Positions 18,544 to 27,849 of a DNA stretch of 54,013 bases are shown here, one piece after another (within the stretch, counting starts at the first letter, position 1; the number at the start of each line of letters is the position of its first letter). Where the stretch lies: positions 1 through 54,013 of the forward strand of contig WJMI01000079.1 in the NCBI GenBank assembly GCA_014728015.1. The letters are read 5' to 3'. The notes beneath the pieces are model-generated. The model did not search any database, was not told where the DNA came from, and saw only the letters and a list, made by a program, of their open reading frames with translations. The stretch is from Chitinivibrionales bacterium (lineage in GTDB: Bacteria; Fibrobacterota; Chitinivibrionia; Chitinivibrionales; WJMI01). A program made the translations under genes and the position numbers.

Positions 18544-18746
18544 AGGAAACTCCTTGAGGTACGGATTGCGATGGGAAAACCGGGAAGGTAAAATACCATC
18601 TGGTGAATGACGGGGATCATTGCATTGGCGAGTATTTCCTGTAAGGTGGAGGGGCCTGTCCGGCACTATTTCTTCCCACGGTCGGGTGCTCTACACCCCG
18701 CCAGGGAAAGGGCAAAGGAATACAATATGGTTATGGTGCGAAGCTC

Positions 18747-18755
18747 TGGTATACT
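18747..18755 (+). promoter_or_regulatory. Extended -10-like element TGgTATACT (candidate sigma-70 promoter firing rightward inside the recA-clpB spacer)
   Basis: The sequence TG-G-TATACT lies at 18747-18755. No good -35 is present, but an extended -10 can dispense with one. There is no annotated gene immediately downstream. Confidence 0.3.
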
Positions 18756-19018
18756 CTACCCTTTGGAACGCGAGCGACCAAATACTCTTCATAACCCCCT
18801 GTTTTATATGTCAATGCCGTCCATGCCCCCACGGGGCAATAGGCACCGGATTTGGTGAGTGACACTGGAGTGATATCAATCCGGCAGACCATCCAACACT
18901 CTATTACTCCTTGGGTCCAATATTCCGCACTCACGTACACTCCACACCATCACCGCCTAACTCCATCTGGGCTGTTGAACCCGGTTTCACTGATCATTCG
19001 CGAAGAGCCGGGAACGGT

Positions 19019-19033
19019 GTTGCATTTTGCAAC
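19019..19033. promoter_or_regulatory. Perfect inverted repeat GTTGCA-ttt-TGCAAC, candidate enhancer-binding-protein site upstream of the clpB sigma-54 promoter
   Basis: This is a 6+6 bp perfect palindrome, centred about 78 bp upstream of the -24 GG. Confidence 0.35.
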
Positions 19034-19060
19034 GTCCTTAGGTGCGCGAACTTACCAGAT

Positions 19061-19092
19061 TGCCTGTATTGCGCCATACAGGGCAGTTTTTT
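19061..19092 (+). terminator. Orphan rho-independent terminator-like hairpin plus T6
   Basis: The stem TGCCTGTAT/ATACAGGGCA has 9 bp with one bulged G and a 6-nt loop. It is followed by G and TTTTTT (19087-19092). No annotated plus-strand gene lies upstream. Confidence 0.45.
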
Positions 19093-19095
19093 CCT

Positions 19096-19111
19096 TGGCA
19101 CGCGGGTTGCA
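19096..19111 (+). promoter_or_regulatory. Sigma-54 (-24/-12) promoter of clpB
   Basis: TGGCACG-cggg-TTGCA matches the consensus YTGGCACG-N4-TTGCW exactly, including spacing. It lies 43 nt upstream of the clpB ATG, with GGAGGA at 19142. Confidence 0.6.
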
Positions 19112-19153
19112 GCTAGGCAGGGGACAGAGATATACGGATGTGGAGGAAAACAC

Positions 19154-21742
19154 ATGGATCTTGAGAAATTCACCAGAAAATCACAAGAAGCCCTGGTTCG
19201 GACACAGGAGCTGGTGGCGGAATACAATCACCAGGAGATCACGCCGCTTCACCTGCTCCTGGCGCTTCTCGAACAGGAAAACGGCCTGGTCCCCGCGCTT
19301 CTGAACAAAGCAGGCGCGGACCTGGGCGCGATACAGTCGGCAATTCGCGACAAACTTGCTGCCGTGCCCGCTGTCACCGGCGGGGGGGCCCAGCAGACCT
19401 ATGCATCGCGTGGCTTTTCCGCGGTGCTTGGTGATGCCAAGAAACACGCTTCGCGGATGAAAGACGAGTACGTAAGCGTTGAGCACCTGTTTCTTGCCCT
19501 CATGGAAAAAGATGATGCCTGCAAGAACATCATCCGCGATGCCGGCATTACGCCCGACCAAATCATGGCGGGACTCAAGAGCGTGCGCGGCAACCAGCGG
19601 GTCAGTTCGCAGGACCCGGAAAGCACGTTCCAGGCGCTCGAGAAATACGGGCGCAACCTTACTCAGATGGCCCAGCTCGGGAAACTCGATCCGGTTATCG
19701 GCCGCGACGAGGAAATCCGGCGCGTGGTGCAAATCCTCTCGCGCCGCACCAAGAACAATCCGGTCCTGATCGGCGATCCCGGCGTGGGAAAAACCGCGAT
19801 AGTCGAAGGGCTTGCATCGCGGATCGTGCGCGGAGACGTTCCCGAAGGCCTGAAGAACCGCCAGCTCGTGGCTCTGGACATGGGTGCGCTTGTGGCCGGC
19901 GCCAAGTTTCGCGGTGAGTTCGAAGAGCGGCTCAAGGCAGTGCTTCGGGAAATAACCGAGAGCAACGGCGAGATCATCCTGTTCATAGACGAGCTCCACA
20001 CGGTCGTGGGCGCGGGCGCCGCCGAAGGCGCCATGGATGCGGGCAACCTGCTCAAGCCCATGCTTGCCCGCGGAGAACTTCACTGCATAGGCGCCACTAC
20101 CCTGGATGAATATCGCAAGCACGTGGAAAAAGACAAGGCCCTTGAGCGGCGGTTCCAAACGGTGCTCGTGGACCAGCCCACGGTCGAAGACACCATTTCC
20201 ATACTGCGCGGACTGCGCGAGCGCTACGAGATCCACCACGGCGTGCGCATCCGCGACAGCGCCATGGTTGCCGCGGCGGTCCTGTCAGAACGCTATATTT
20301 CCGACCGGTTCCTGCCCGATAAGGCCATCGACCTGGTCGATGAGGCCGCGGCGAAACTGCGCACCGAAATCGACAGCAGTCCGACCGAGCTCGACGAGGC
20401 CGTGCGCAAACAGATGCAGCTCGAAATAGAAATCGCCGGGCTCAAGAAAGAGAAAGACAAGGCATCCAGGGAACGGCTGGAGAAACTCAAGGCCGAGCTC
20501 GGTGATGTCAAGGCGCGCGTGTCCGAGCTGCGGGCGCGGTGGGAAGCCGAGAAGAACCAGGTGACCGGCTTGCAGCATCTGCGCGAGCGGCTCGATCAGG
20601 CCAGGCAGGAGCTGGAACGGGCCCAGCGGGACTACAATCTCAACAAGGCCGCCGAGCTGCAGCACGGCACCATACCCCACATGGAGGACGAACTGCATGC
20701 CGCTGAAGAGAAGCTGAAAAACCAGAACGGCGAGCGCCTGCTGAAGGAGGAAGTCGACGAGGAGGACATCGCGGCGATCATCAGCCACTGGACCCATATT
20801 CCGGTGAGCAAACTTGTCGAGGGGGAAAAGGAGAAGCTCCTGAAGCTGGGCGACCAGCTGCACGAGCGCGTGGTGGGCCAGAATGAGGCCGTGGATGCGG
20901 TCGCCGATGCCGTGCTGCGCGCGCGGGCCGGCATGAAAGACCCGCAGCGGCCCATCGGCAGTTTTATTTTCCTCGGCCCTACCGGCGTGGGCAAGACCGA
21001 GCTGGCGCGGTCGCTGGCGTACAACCTGTTCGATGACGAACATGCCATGGTGCGCATCGACATGTCGGAATACATGGAAAAGCACACCGTATCGCGCCTG
21101 GTCGGCGCGCCGCCCGGGTACGTGGGCTACGAGGAAGGCGGGCAGCTTACCGAGGCTATCCGGCGCAAACCGTACTCGGTCATACTGATTGACGAAATCG
21201 AGAAGGCGCATCACGATGTGTTCAACATCCTGCTGCAGATACTCGACGACGGCCGGTTGACCGACTCACATGGTCATGTGGTGAATTTCAAGAACACTAT
21301 TCTGATCATGACCTCCAATATCGGCAGCCAGCGCATATTCGACAGCGCCGGGCAGGACTATGACACGATCAAGAAAGGCGTGCTTGGCGAGATGCGCCAG
21401 CATTTCCGGCCCGAATTCCTGAACCGGGTCGACGAAATTGTCGTGTTCCACAGCCTCTCCGAGGATAACCTGCTCGAGATCGTGGGCATACAGCTCGAAC
21501 GGTTCAGGGAGCGGCTTGCCGATCGGCGTATCGCGCTGGATATCAACGAGGAAGCCAGGACGCTTCTGGCAAAGGTCGGGTTCGATCCGGTCTACGGCGC
21601 GCGTCCGCTGAAACGCGCTATCCAGCGGGAACTCGAGACCCCGGTGTCACGGATGCTTATCGCGGGCAAGCTCAACGAGGGTCAGAAACTCAAGGTCGGC
21701 GTAGTCGAGGATGACCTGGGTTTCGCCGTGGAAGACGGATGA
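19154..21742 (+). CDS. clpB: ATP-dependent chaperone ClpB
   Basis: It has the Clp N-domain, two AAA+ modules (GDPGVGKT and GPTGVGKT) and the coiled-coil middle domain. The start is ATG 19154. The track start 18911 is an upstream extension through non-coding DNA. Confidence 0.97.
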   Translation: MDLEKFTRKSQEALVRTQELVAEYNHQEITPLHLLLALLEQENGLVPALLNKAGADLGAIQSAIRDKLAAVPAVTGGGAQQTYASRGFSAVLGDAKKHASRMKDEYVSVEHLFLALMEKDDACKNIIRDAGITPDQIMAGLKSVRGNQRVSSQDPESTFQALEKYGRNLTQMAQLGKLDPVIGRDEEIRRVVQILSRRTKNNPVLIGDPGVGKTAIVEGLASRIVRGDVPEGLKNRQLVALDMGALVAGAKFRGEFEERLKAVLREITESNGEIILFIDELHTVVGAGAAEGAMDAGNLLKPMLARGELHCIGATTLDEYRKHVEKDKALERRFQTVLVDQPTVEDTISILRGLRERYEIHHGVRIRDSAMVAAAVLSERYISDRFLPDKAIDLVDEAAAKLRTEIDSSPTELDEAVRKQMQLEIEIAGLKKEKDKASRERLEKLKAELGDVKARVSELRARWEAEKNQVTGLQHLRERLDQARQELERAQRDYNLNKAAELQHGTIPHMEDELHAAEEKLKNQNGERLLKEEVDEEDIAAIISHWTHIPVSKLVEGEKEKLLKLGDQLHERVVGQNEAVDAVADAVLRARAGMKDPQRPIGSFIFLGPTGVGKTELARSLAYNLFDDEHAMVRIDMSEYMEKHTVSRLVGAPPGYVGYEEGGQLTEAIRRKPYSVILIDEIEKAHHDVFNILLQILDDGRLTDSHGHVVNFKNTILIMTSNIGSQRIFDSAGQDYDTIKKGVLGEMRQHFRPEFLNRVDEIVVFHSLSEDNLLEIVGIQLERFRERLADRRIALDINEEARTLLAKVGFDPVYGARPLKRAIQRELETPVSRMLIAGKLNEGQKLKVGVVEDDLGFAVEDG

Positions 21743-21750
21743 TTTCCGCG

Positions 21751-23904
21751 CTAGGGTAAGGCCATGACCTGCCGGACCAAAACGCTGCCTCCCGGTGATG
21801 TCACTCTCACCACAACGGCAACAGCGGGGAGCGTGCCTAACGTGACAAGCGTCATACCGGTCGCGGCCGTGGCGGAACAGAGGTGCGCGCCCGTGAGCGT
21901 GTAGATGCCGATGCGCGAGCCGGGCGGTACGTGAGTGATGCGGAGCGCGCGCGCGGTATGGTCGAGACGAAGAGCGGGCTCAGCCTGCGCGGGAGGGACA
22001 AGGCGTTTCAACGCGGAACCTGCCGCGGGGTCGACAAACACAAGGTAGCTCACGAAAAGCGCAAGCGATGCATCGTCTGATTCGTTCCCCGCGCGGTTGC
22101 CGCCCAGGACCATGGTGTCGCCCGCGTCGACGGCCGTTTCGTAGACCGGGTACACGCAGGTGTCATCATCGGGGTACCCGTTACCGATGACAGTGTCTCT
22201 CGTGGCATCCCACTCCGCCAGCCAATCGGGCAGGGACGAAGCACGGCCGTCATAAGCAACGCGGATCCTCGCATCATGCCCGGTGGCAAGAACCATGAAT
22301 GTGTCGGCCGTGTTGGACTTGTCGTCGTTGGGATAGAATACGGTGACGGCGCCTTCACATGATGCGGGAACCCGCGCAAGCACATACGGCCGGTCGGGGT
22401 ATGCGCTGTCGCCTTCCGCCGCGGTCCGAAGTGATGCCGTATTTGCCGTCGCGCCCTCGAACCGGACCAGGGTCACGCCGTCCAGCGAAGTAGCCGGCGG
22501 GGGCGGCGGGTCGGGCTCGGGGCTGAACCCGACAGTCGTATCGGGCTGTGCGGGAAACAGGCTGTTGATATACTCCTCGATATTGGTGTATCCATCGCTG
22601 TCGCGATCCGCCGCCGCATCGCCGTCATTTTCGGGCGACAGATCTCGCGCGGTTTCCCACGCATCAGGCATGCCGTCGTTGTCGGCATCAGCAGGCGCCG
22701 GGCCGCTCGCATACACAGGCCACCCGCCTACCTCATCCTGCGAATCGATAATATGTCCGTTTCCGTCGATGACCTGCCGTGCGACGCGATCATCGACCGC
22801 ATCGCGCGCCGGCGCCAATGCACCGGCATAGCTCAACACCGAGCCGTATGCGTCTGCGGCAGATTGGGCCGTAATGCCGGACCCGGCAAACACCGGCGCG
22901 GCACTTTTAAACTGCTCGAGCTTATCGTCGCCATCGCGATACAACACAATGTCCCATTCATCGTATGAGTCATCGGGACGGGTAGGGCCGAGATTGTCGT
23001 GCAGGTAGAAGCTGGAGCCGTCGGGGTCCTTGTCCCGGATATAGAATGCCTTGATGCGCTTGTGGGTGCTGTCGCTCTGCGGGCCGACCCGGTAACAGTT
23101 GCCGATGATATTCGCCGTATGAATGTTTCCCGTTCCGGTAAAGGTCGTCCCGTCGGCCTGCCAGTTGTAGATGACGTTATTGATCATTTCGAGCGAAAGC
23201 CCGTCGGCATTGACCATCGGGTTGCGGCTGTAGTTGTGCGCGAACAGGCAATGATGCAGTGATACATTTTTCGCGGTGCCCGAGAGCAGCAGGCCCATGG
23301 CATGAAGCTCGCCTTCGTGATGGATGCTTTCGAGAAGGCCCTCGGAAAAGATGCACCACTGGAATGTGATATCGCTGTTTCTGGTGTAATTCATCGATGC
23401 GTTTTCATCAATGGCCCACGAAAACGAGCAGTGATCGATCACCACGTTGTACACGCTGTCGCTCATGCCCAAAACAGCAATCCCGTCGCGCACCGAAACA
23501 TCGGTGCCTTCAGCATCGCCCACGCGCACGCGCATCCCGCGAACAATAACATCGTGCGTGCGAACGGCAATACGCCCGCCCTTCAGGCAGATCCCGTCGC
23601 CGGGCGCTGTCTGCCCCGCGATCGTGATATACGGGTTTTCGATGTCCATCGGCCGATCGAGCGTAACAATGCCGCCGGTCTTGAATACGACAATTCGCGG
23701 GCCGATTTGATCGACCGCCCAGCGAAACGTTCCGGCGGAGCCGTCGTCGTCGAGGCTGGTAACGCACAAAACATCGCCGCCGCGGCCGCCGGGCGTTTCA
23801 GAGCCGAAACCCTCGGCACCGGGAAACGCGGGCAGGGAGAAGGCTGGGCTGGCGACAAGAATCAGAAGGAAGAAAGCGAAACGGGCGTACAGGAACACTT
23901 GCAT
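21751..23904 (-). CDS. Secreted pectate lyase (PL1-like beta-helix) with thrombospondin-type-3 Ca-binding repeats and T9SS-type C-terminal domain
   Basis: The signal peptide is FFLLILVASPAFSLPA. PL1-like motifs include AEGFG..TPGGRGG, IAGQTAPG and NVVIDHCSFSW. TSP3-like repeats are DADNDGMPDAWE and DRDSDGYTNIEEY. The C-terminal ~70 aa resemble the CTD of the 36181 and 37127 proteins. Confidence 0.8.
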   Translation of the reverse strand: MQVFLYARFAFFLLILVASPAFSLPAFPGAEGFGSETPGGRGGDVLCVTSLDDDGSAGTFRWAVDQIGPRIVVFKTGGIVTLDRPMDIENPYITIAGQTAPGDGICLKGGRIAVRTHDVIVRGMRVRVGDAEGTDVSVRDGIAVLGMSDSVYNVVIDHCSFSWAIDENASMNYTRNSDITFQWCIFSEGLLESIHHEGELHAMGLLLSGTAKNVSLHHCLFAHNYSRNPMVNADGLSLEMINNVIYNWQADGTTFTGTGNIHTANIIGNCYRVGPQSDSTHKRIKAFYIRDKDPDGSSFYLHDNLGPTRPDDSYDEWDIVLYRDGDDKLEQFKSAAPVFAGSGITAQSAADAYGSVLSYAGALAPARDAVDDRVARQVIDGNGHIIDSQDEVGGWPVYASGPAPADADNDGMPDAWETARDLSPENDGDAAADRDSDGYTNIEEYINSLFPAQPDTTVGFSPEPDPPPPPATSLDGVTLVRFEGATANTASLRTAAEGDSAYPDRPYVLARVPASCEGAVTVFYPNDDKSNTADTFMVLATGHDARIRVAYDGRASSLPDWLAEWDATRDTVIGNGYPDDDTCVYPVYETAVDAGDTMVLGGNRAGNESDDASLALFVSYLVFVDPAAGSALKRLVPPAQAEPALRLDHTARALRITHVPPGSRIGIYTLTGAHLCSATAATGMTLVTLGTLPAVAVVVRVTSPGGSVLVRQVMALP

Positions 23905-24046
23905 GGCAAACCCCTCTCATGCGCAGGAAAAAGACCTGACTATTGCCGTGCAACGTCCCCCGGACCGGAACAAACAATATATGCATTTTTGGATGGACCC
24001 GCAGCCACAATATGCGCGGTCGGTCGAGAAACGGGTGCTAAGGGCA

Positions 24047-26215
24047 TTACTTCCGATCCGGCGCCGGCGGATCCACGAGCTGGATGTGGATATCGTCGAA
24101 ACAGACCTTGCCGTCGGAAGGCGCGAGTCCCATGACGACGGTCATCCAGCAGGCGCCCTCGGGGGCCGTGGCCCGGGCTTCGACACGGGTCCAGTCGTAG
24201 GTGCCGGCGAGAAGGTCGGCACGGGTGTCCTTGTTCACCAGGGCGGCCCTGCCGCTTTCGAACCCGAACGCATCCAGGAACCTGACCACCACGCTCACCC
24301 CGGTTCCCTCGTTGACCGGCGCGACATCCTCCGCCTTGGCCCACATGTCAACCGCCATGGTGATGCCGGGTTTCACGGGGATCGCGGCGGATGTCCACGT
24401 GATGGTTTGCCCGAACGGCCTGCCCTTGGACCGCGAGGTGCTCTGGAGAAACAGAACGCCCCGCCGTCCGGCATGGGCGCCCGTGTCGTTCCGGTCCCAC
24501 CGGGCCTGCGGCGGCGTGTTTATCCAGTCGCGCTGCGGATGCGAGGAACGCCAGAACATGGGCTCATCGATGCCGTTCTCCGAACGGACCTGAAGCGTCG
24601 GGTCGTGCAGAATCGCCACGGGAACATCGCTGTGCCGCGCCGCCCAGGGAAGCGTCCAGATTGGCTCGAGCCCCAAAACATCGGGCGAGAACCTTCCGGT
24701 ATGCGCGTTGGCATCCCACCCGGTATGTTTCCGGTACGTTTCGAAGTCGCTGATCTGCTCCTGGGCGAGCAGGGCGAAATCGCTGTCTCCCTCCATACGG
24801 TCGTAGTAGTTGCCCTCGAGGCGATTGGTCAATACTCCCGGCGGCGGCGCCTTCTCCCGTTCGTCGGCGGAAGGCCAGGAATGCGATGCCATGGGCACGC
24901 TCACCGCGCGTCCGCTTACCTGAATCAGGTTGGCATGAAGGCTGTTGTACGCGCTTGCCTCCTGGAATTCGTCGTATGCATGCCACACGCAGAGCCCTTC
25001 AAAAAGCTGCCGCCCCCACATCGCGCTTTCCGCGGCTTGCGTAATAGGTTTTCCGACTTCGTCGAACCCGCGGCCGAACGCGGCATACCGGGAAACGTGG
25101 GTCTGGCCCCAACCGAAAAACTCGCGGTTGAAAACCCAGTTGCGCGTGACAAGGTTGGCCTTGGCCTGGCGCAGCGTGATGCCCATGGCGCAGTCCTGCA
25201 GGCAGTTGTATGCCGCGATGTTTCCGTCGGCGGTATGCTCGATATACATCCCGGCGTGCGGAAGGCGCGCGCAGGCGTTTCCCATGTACGCATTGTTATT
25301 GCAGTTGATATCAGGCCAGATGCCGGTGGCAAAGCAGTGCGAGAACACCCGGGTGTGCGGGCCGACTTTCACCGGGCCGGGGGTGTGGTCCATAACCCAG
25401 TTCTGCCGGTACAGGCATCGCGAGCCGCCGTTCTGCTTGAGATTGCCTGCCCAGTGCTCCAACGGGTCCCAATTGATTGCATTTGCAACGACAAGGTTCT
25501 CTTCGATAAGTGATTCGTCATCCCCGTCGCCCTGCCAGATAGCGTTGCCGTTGCATTCCATGATGGTGTTGCGGACATAGTGGGCATTGTGCCCGCCGCG
25601 GATGCCCGTGCCGCCGGCGCGGGTGATCAGACAATGCTCGACCGTGAGCCGCTCGCTTCCCGTGGCATCGATTGCCTGGCCCGCGGACCGCGTGAGATGC
25701 ATCCCCCGCACGAGTACCTCGCGATGTCCGTTGATCTCGATCAGCGGTCCGACCACGGGAATGGTGATTTTCGCCGCACCCGGCATTTTCTTCCCGTTGA
25801 CATTGATTTCCACGCGTCGATGACCCGTGTCGACATGGAAGCACATATGGTCCTTTTCGCTGGTAAGCGGCTCCAGGCGACAGATGAGCATCTCGTCGTT
25901 GTACCACAGCCAGGGGATGGTCGATGACGATCCCTCGGGCAGGGGCCAGGAGAACACGCCGGGCCTGTTGCGCGCCGCTCGAAATGCCGATCCTTCGACA
26001 ACGGTCGCGCCGTCAAGCACGACACCGGGCTTGTCGGCAACGATCCGGATGCCGTCGCACGGGAGTACCACGCGCTCGTGGTAGATTCCGGGAGACACGG
26101 CAATCGTGTCGCCCGGCTTCGCCCGTCTCAGGGCGCGAGAGATAGTCGGGACGCTGCTTTTGGTTTTTCCGCCGACCGTTATTTTTCTGGGTCTCCACGA
26201 GGTGCTGGTTGCCAT
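24047..26215 (-). CDS. Right-handed parallel beta-helix repeat protein (NosD/pectin-lyase fold) with C-terminal CBM-like beta-sandwich
   Basis: The N-terminus TISRALRRAKPGDTIAVSPGIYHERVVL is typical of beta-helix enzymes. The start is ATG 26215, with GAGGAA upstream. No signal peptide is visible with either candidate start. Confidence 0.7.
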   Translation of the reverse strand: MATSTSWRPRKITVGGKTKSSVPTISRALRRAKPGDTIAVSPGIYHERVVLPCDGIRIVADKPGVVLDGATVVEGSAFRAARNRPGVFSWPLPEGSSSTIPWLWYNDEMLICRLEPLTSEKDHMCFHVDTGHRRVEINVNGKKMPGAAKITIPVVGPLIEINGHREVLVRGMHLTRSAGQAIDATGSERLTVEHCLITRAGGTGIRGGHNAHYVRNTIMECNGNAIWQGDGDDESLIEENLVVANAINWDPLEHWAGNLKQNGGSRCLYRQNWVMDHTPGPVKVGPHTRVFSHCFATGIWPDINCNNNAYMGNACARLPHAGMYIEHTADGNIAAYNCLQDCAMGITLRQAKANLVTRNWVFNREFFGWGQTHVSRYAAFGRGFDEVGKPITQAAESAMWGRQLFEGLCVWHAYDEFQEASAYNSLHANLIQVSGRAVSVPMASHSWPSADEREKAPPPGVLTNRLEGNYYDRMEGDSDFALLAQEQISDFETYRKHTGWDANAHTGRFSPDVLGLEPIWTLPWAARHSDVPVAILHDPTLQVRSENGIDEPMFWRSSHPQRDWINTPPQARWDRNDTGAHAGRRGVLFLQSTSRSKGRPFGQTITWTSAAIPVKPGITMAVDMWAKAEDVAPVNEGTGVSVVVRFLDAFGFESGRAALVNKDTRADLLAGTYDWTRVEARATAPEGACWMTVVMGLAPSDGKVCFDDIHIQLVDPPAPDRK

Positions 26216-26370
26216 AATTCCTCTGCCTTGGATGGTGGGTATGCCTACCAGCACAATATACTACTCGAAATGCCGGTTCCCCTCGAGCGGGCGCCACCGC
26301 AGTACGCTCCGGCCGAAGTGTCGGTCCGGCCTTGCACGACGCCCGAGGGACAAGTATATTTCGGCGTGGT

Positions 26371-26919
26371 ATGAAGAAGCTCGATCTGCTCATGGATGCC
26401 ACTGCTCTCGACCGGGCCCTCAGCCGTATTTCCCACCAGATTCTTGAAAAAAATCCAGACCTCGGCACTCTCGGCATTGTCGGCGTACGCACGCGGGGCG
26501 CGCCCCTGGCCAAACGCATTGCGGCGAAGCTCAACGACATGGAGAAAACATCTCTGGTGCCGGGCACTCTCGACATTACGCTCTACCGCGATGACTATCG
26601 AAAGACGCTCAAGCAGCCCCAGGTGCAGGTTACCGATATCCAGTTTGACATCAACGACAAGAATATCGTACTGGTCGATGATGTGCTGTATACCGGTCGC
26701 ACGGCGCGGGCGGCGCTCGATGCATTGATGGATTTCGGCAGGCCCCGCACGATCCAGCTGGCCGTGCTTATCGACCGCGGCCTGCGCGAACTGCCCATCC
26801 GGGCCGATTTTGTCGGCAGAAAGATCTCCACGCAGAAAGAGCAGGAGGTTTCGCTGCGACTCAAGGAAACAGACGGTGAGGACGGGGTCTGGCTGGTGAA
26901 ACTCGAGGAAGGTGATTGA
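26371..26919 (+). CDS. pyrR: Bifunctional pyrimidine operon regulator / uracil phosphoribosyltransferase PyrR
   Basis: The PRPP-binding loop is VLVDDVLYTGRT, and the length and pattern match PyrR. The start is ATG 26371. Confidence 0.9.
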   Translation: MKKLDLLMDATALDRALSRISHQILEKNPDLGTLGIVGVRTRGAPLAKRIAAKLNDMEKTSLVPGTLDITLYRDDYRKTLKQPQVQVTDIQFDINDKNIVLVDDVLYTGRTARAALDALMDFGRPRTIQLAVLIDRGLRELPIRADFVGRKISTQKEQEVSLRLKETDGEDGVWLVKLEEGD

Positions 26920-26922
26920 GGT

Positions 26923-27849
26923 ATGCCGCTTTCGATCCAACACCTGCTCGGGCTCGAAGGCGTATCCAAAAGCGACATCACTCATATTCTCGACACGGCG
27001 GACAGTTTCTACGAAGTACTCCAGCGCGAAATCAAGGTCGTGCCCACGCTGCGCGGAAAGACCATAGTCAACCTGTTCTACGAGCCCAGCACGCGCACCC
27101 GGTTTTCATTTGAGCTCGCGGAGAAACGTCTTTCCGGCTCGCCCCTGAATTTCTCGGCATCGACCAGCTCGGTGAAAAAAGGCGAGTCGCTGAAAGACAC
27201 CGTGCGCAACATTGCCGCCATGAAGATCGACATGGTGGTGGTGCGGCACGGCGCGGCAGGTGTGCCGTACTTTCTCACGCAGTGCACGGATGCGGTGATT
27301 GTCAATGCCGGAGACGGCCTCCACGAGCATCCCACGCAATCGCTGCTGGACATGATGACAATCCGGCGGCATTTCGGGAAGCTCGAAGGCTGTAAGGTCG
27401 CCATCGTGGGAGACATCTGGCACAGCCGTGTGGCGCGCTCCAACGCGTGGGGCATGAAAACCATGGGCATGGACGTTACCCTGTGCGGGCCGCCCACGTT
27501 TCTTCCGCAGCATCCCGAGAGCCTCGGGGTGCGCGTGACCGACAACCTTGATGATGCCCTTGACGGGGTAAATGTCGTGATGATGCTCCGGGTCCAGTTC
27601 GAGCGCCAGGGGACCGGGCTGTTCCCCTCAATTCGAGAGTACCGCGAGCGTTACGGGCTCGATCGGGAGCGGCTGTCACGGCTCCCGGCCGAGTTGATTG
27701 TCATGCATCCCGGCCCTATCAACCGCGGCATCGAACTGGCCTCGAACGTCGCGGACTGCGAACAGTCGGTCGTTCTCGATCAGGTGACGAACGGCGTGGC
27801 GGTACGAATGGCTGTTCTGTACCTTCTGGGAGGCGGCGAAAGTGCCTGA
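26923..27849 (+). CDS. pyrB: Aspartate carbamoyltransferase catalytic subunit
   Basis: The STRTR and HPTQ motifs are present. The product is 308 aa. Confidence 0.95.
   Translation: MPLSIQHLLGLEGVSKSDITHILDTADSFYEVLQREIKVVPTLRGKTIVNLFYEPSTRTRFSFELAEKRLSGSPLNFSASTSSVKKGESLKDTVRNIAAMKIDMVVVRHGAAGVPYFLTQCTDAVIVNAGDGLHEHPTQSLLDMMTIRRHFGKLEGCKVAIVGDIWHSRVARSNAWGMKTMGMDVTLCGPPTFLPQHPESLGVRVTDNLDDALDGVNVVMMLRVQFERQGTGLFPSIREYRERYGLDRERLSRLPAELIVMHPGPINRGIELASNVADCEQSVVLDQVTNGVAVRMAVLYLLGGGESA

Noticed and set aside
19011-19024. Second sigma-54-like GGAAC...TTGCA near the palindrome
   Set aside because: The spacing is one base short, and the -24 element lacks the TGGCAC core. It is more simply read as part of the GTTGCA/TGCAAC palindrome.
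18544-19153. tmRNA, RNase P RNA, SRP RNA or tRNA in the recA-clpB spacer
   Set aside because: I checked both strands by eye. I found no GGGG...CCA acceptor/T-arm, no GAGGAAAGUCC P4 strand, no SRP GGAA/AGCA motif and no cloverleaf. GAAACCGGGTTCA only superficially resembles the RNase P 3' region.
23903-25513. 536-aa plus-strand ORF
   Set aside because: It is antisense to the beta-helix protein gene and to the pectate-lyase upstream region. It is Arg/Gly/Pro-rich with no recognisable domain.
26255-26370. PyrR-binding attenuator upstream of pyrR
   Set aside because: No UCCAGAGAGG-type PyrR binding loop and no terminator/antiterminator pair are visible. Only a weak hairpin is present (ccggccga-agtg-tcggtccgg).
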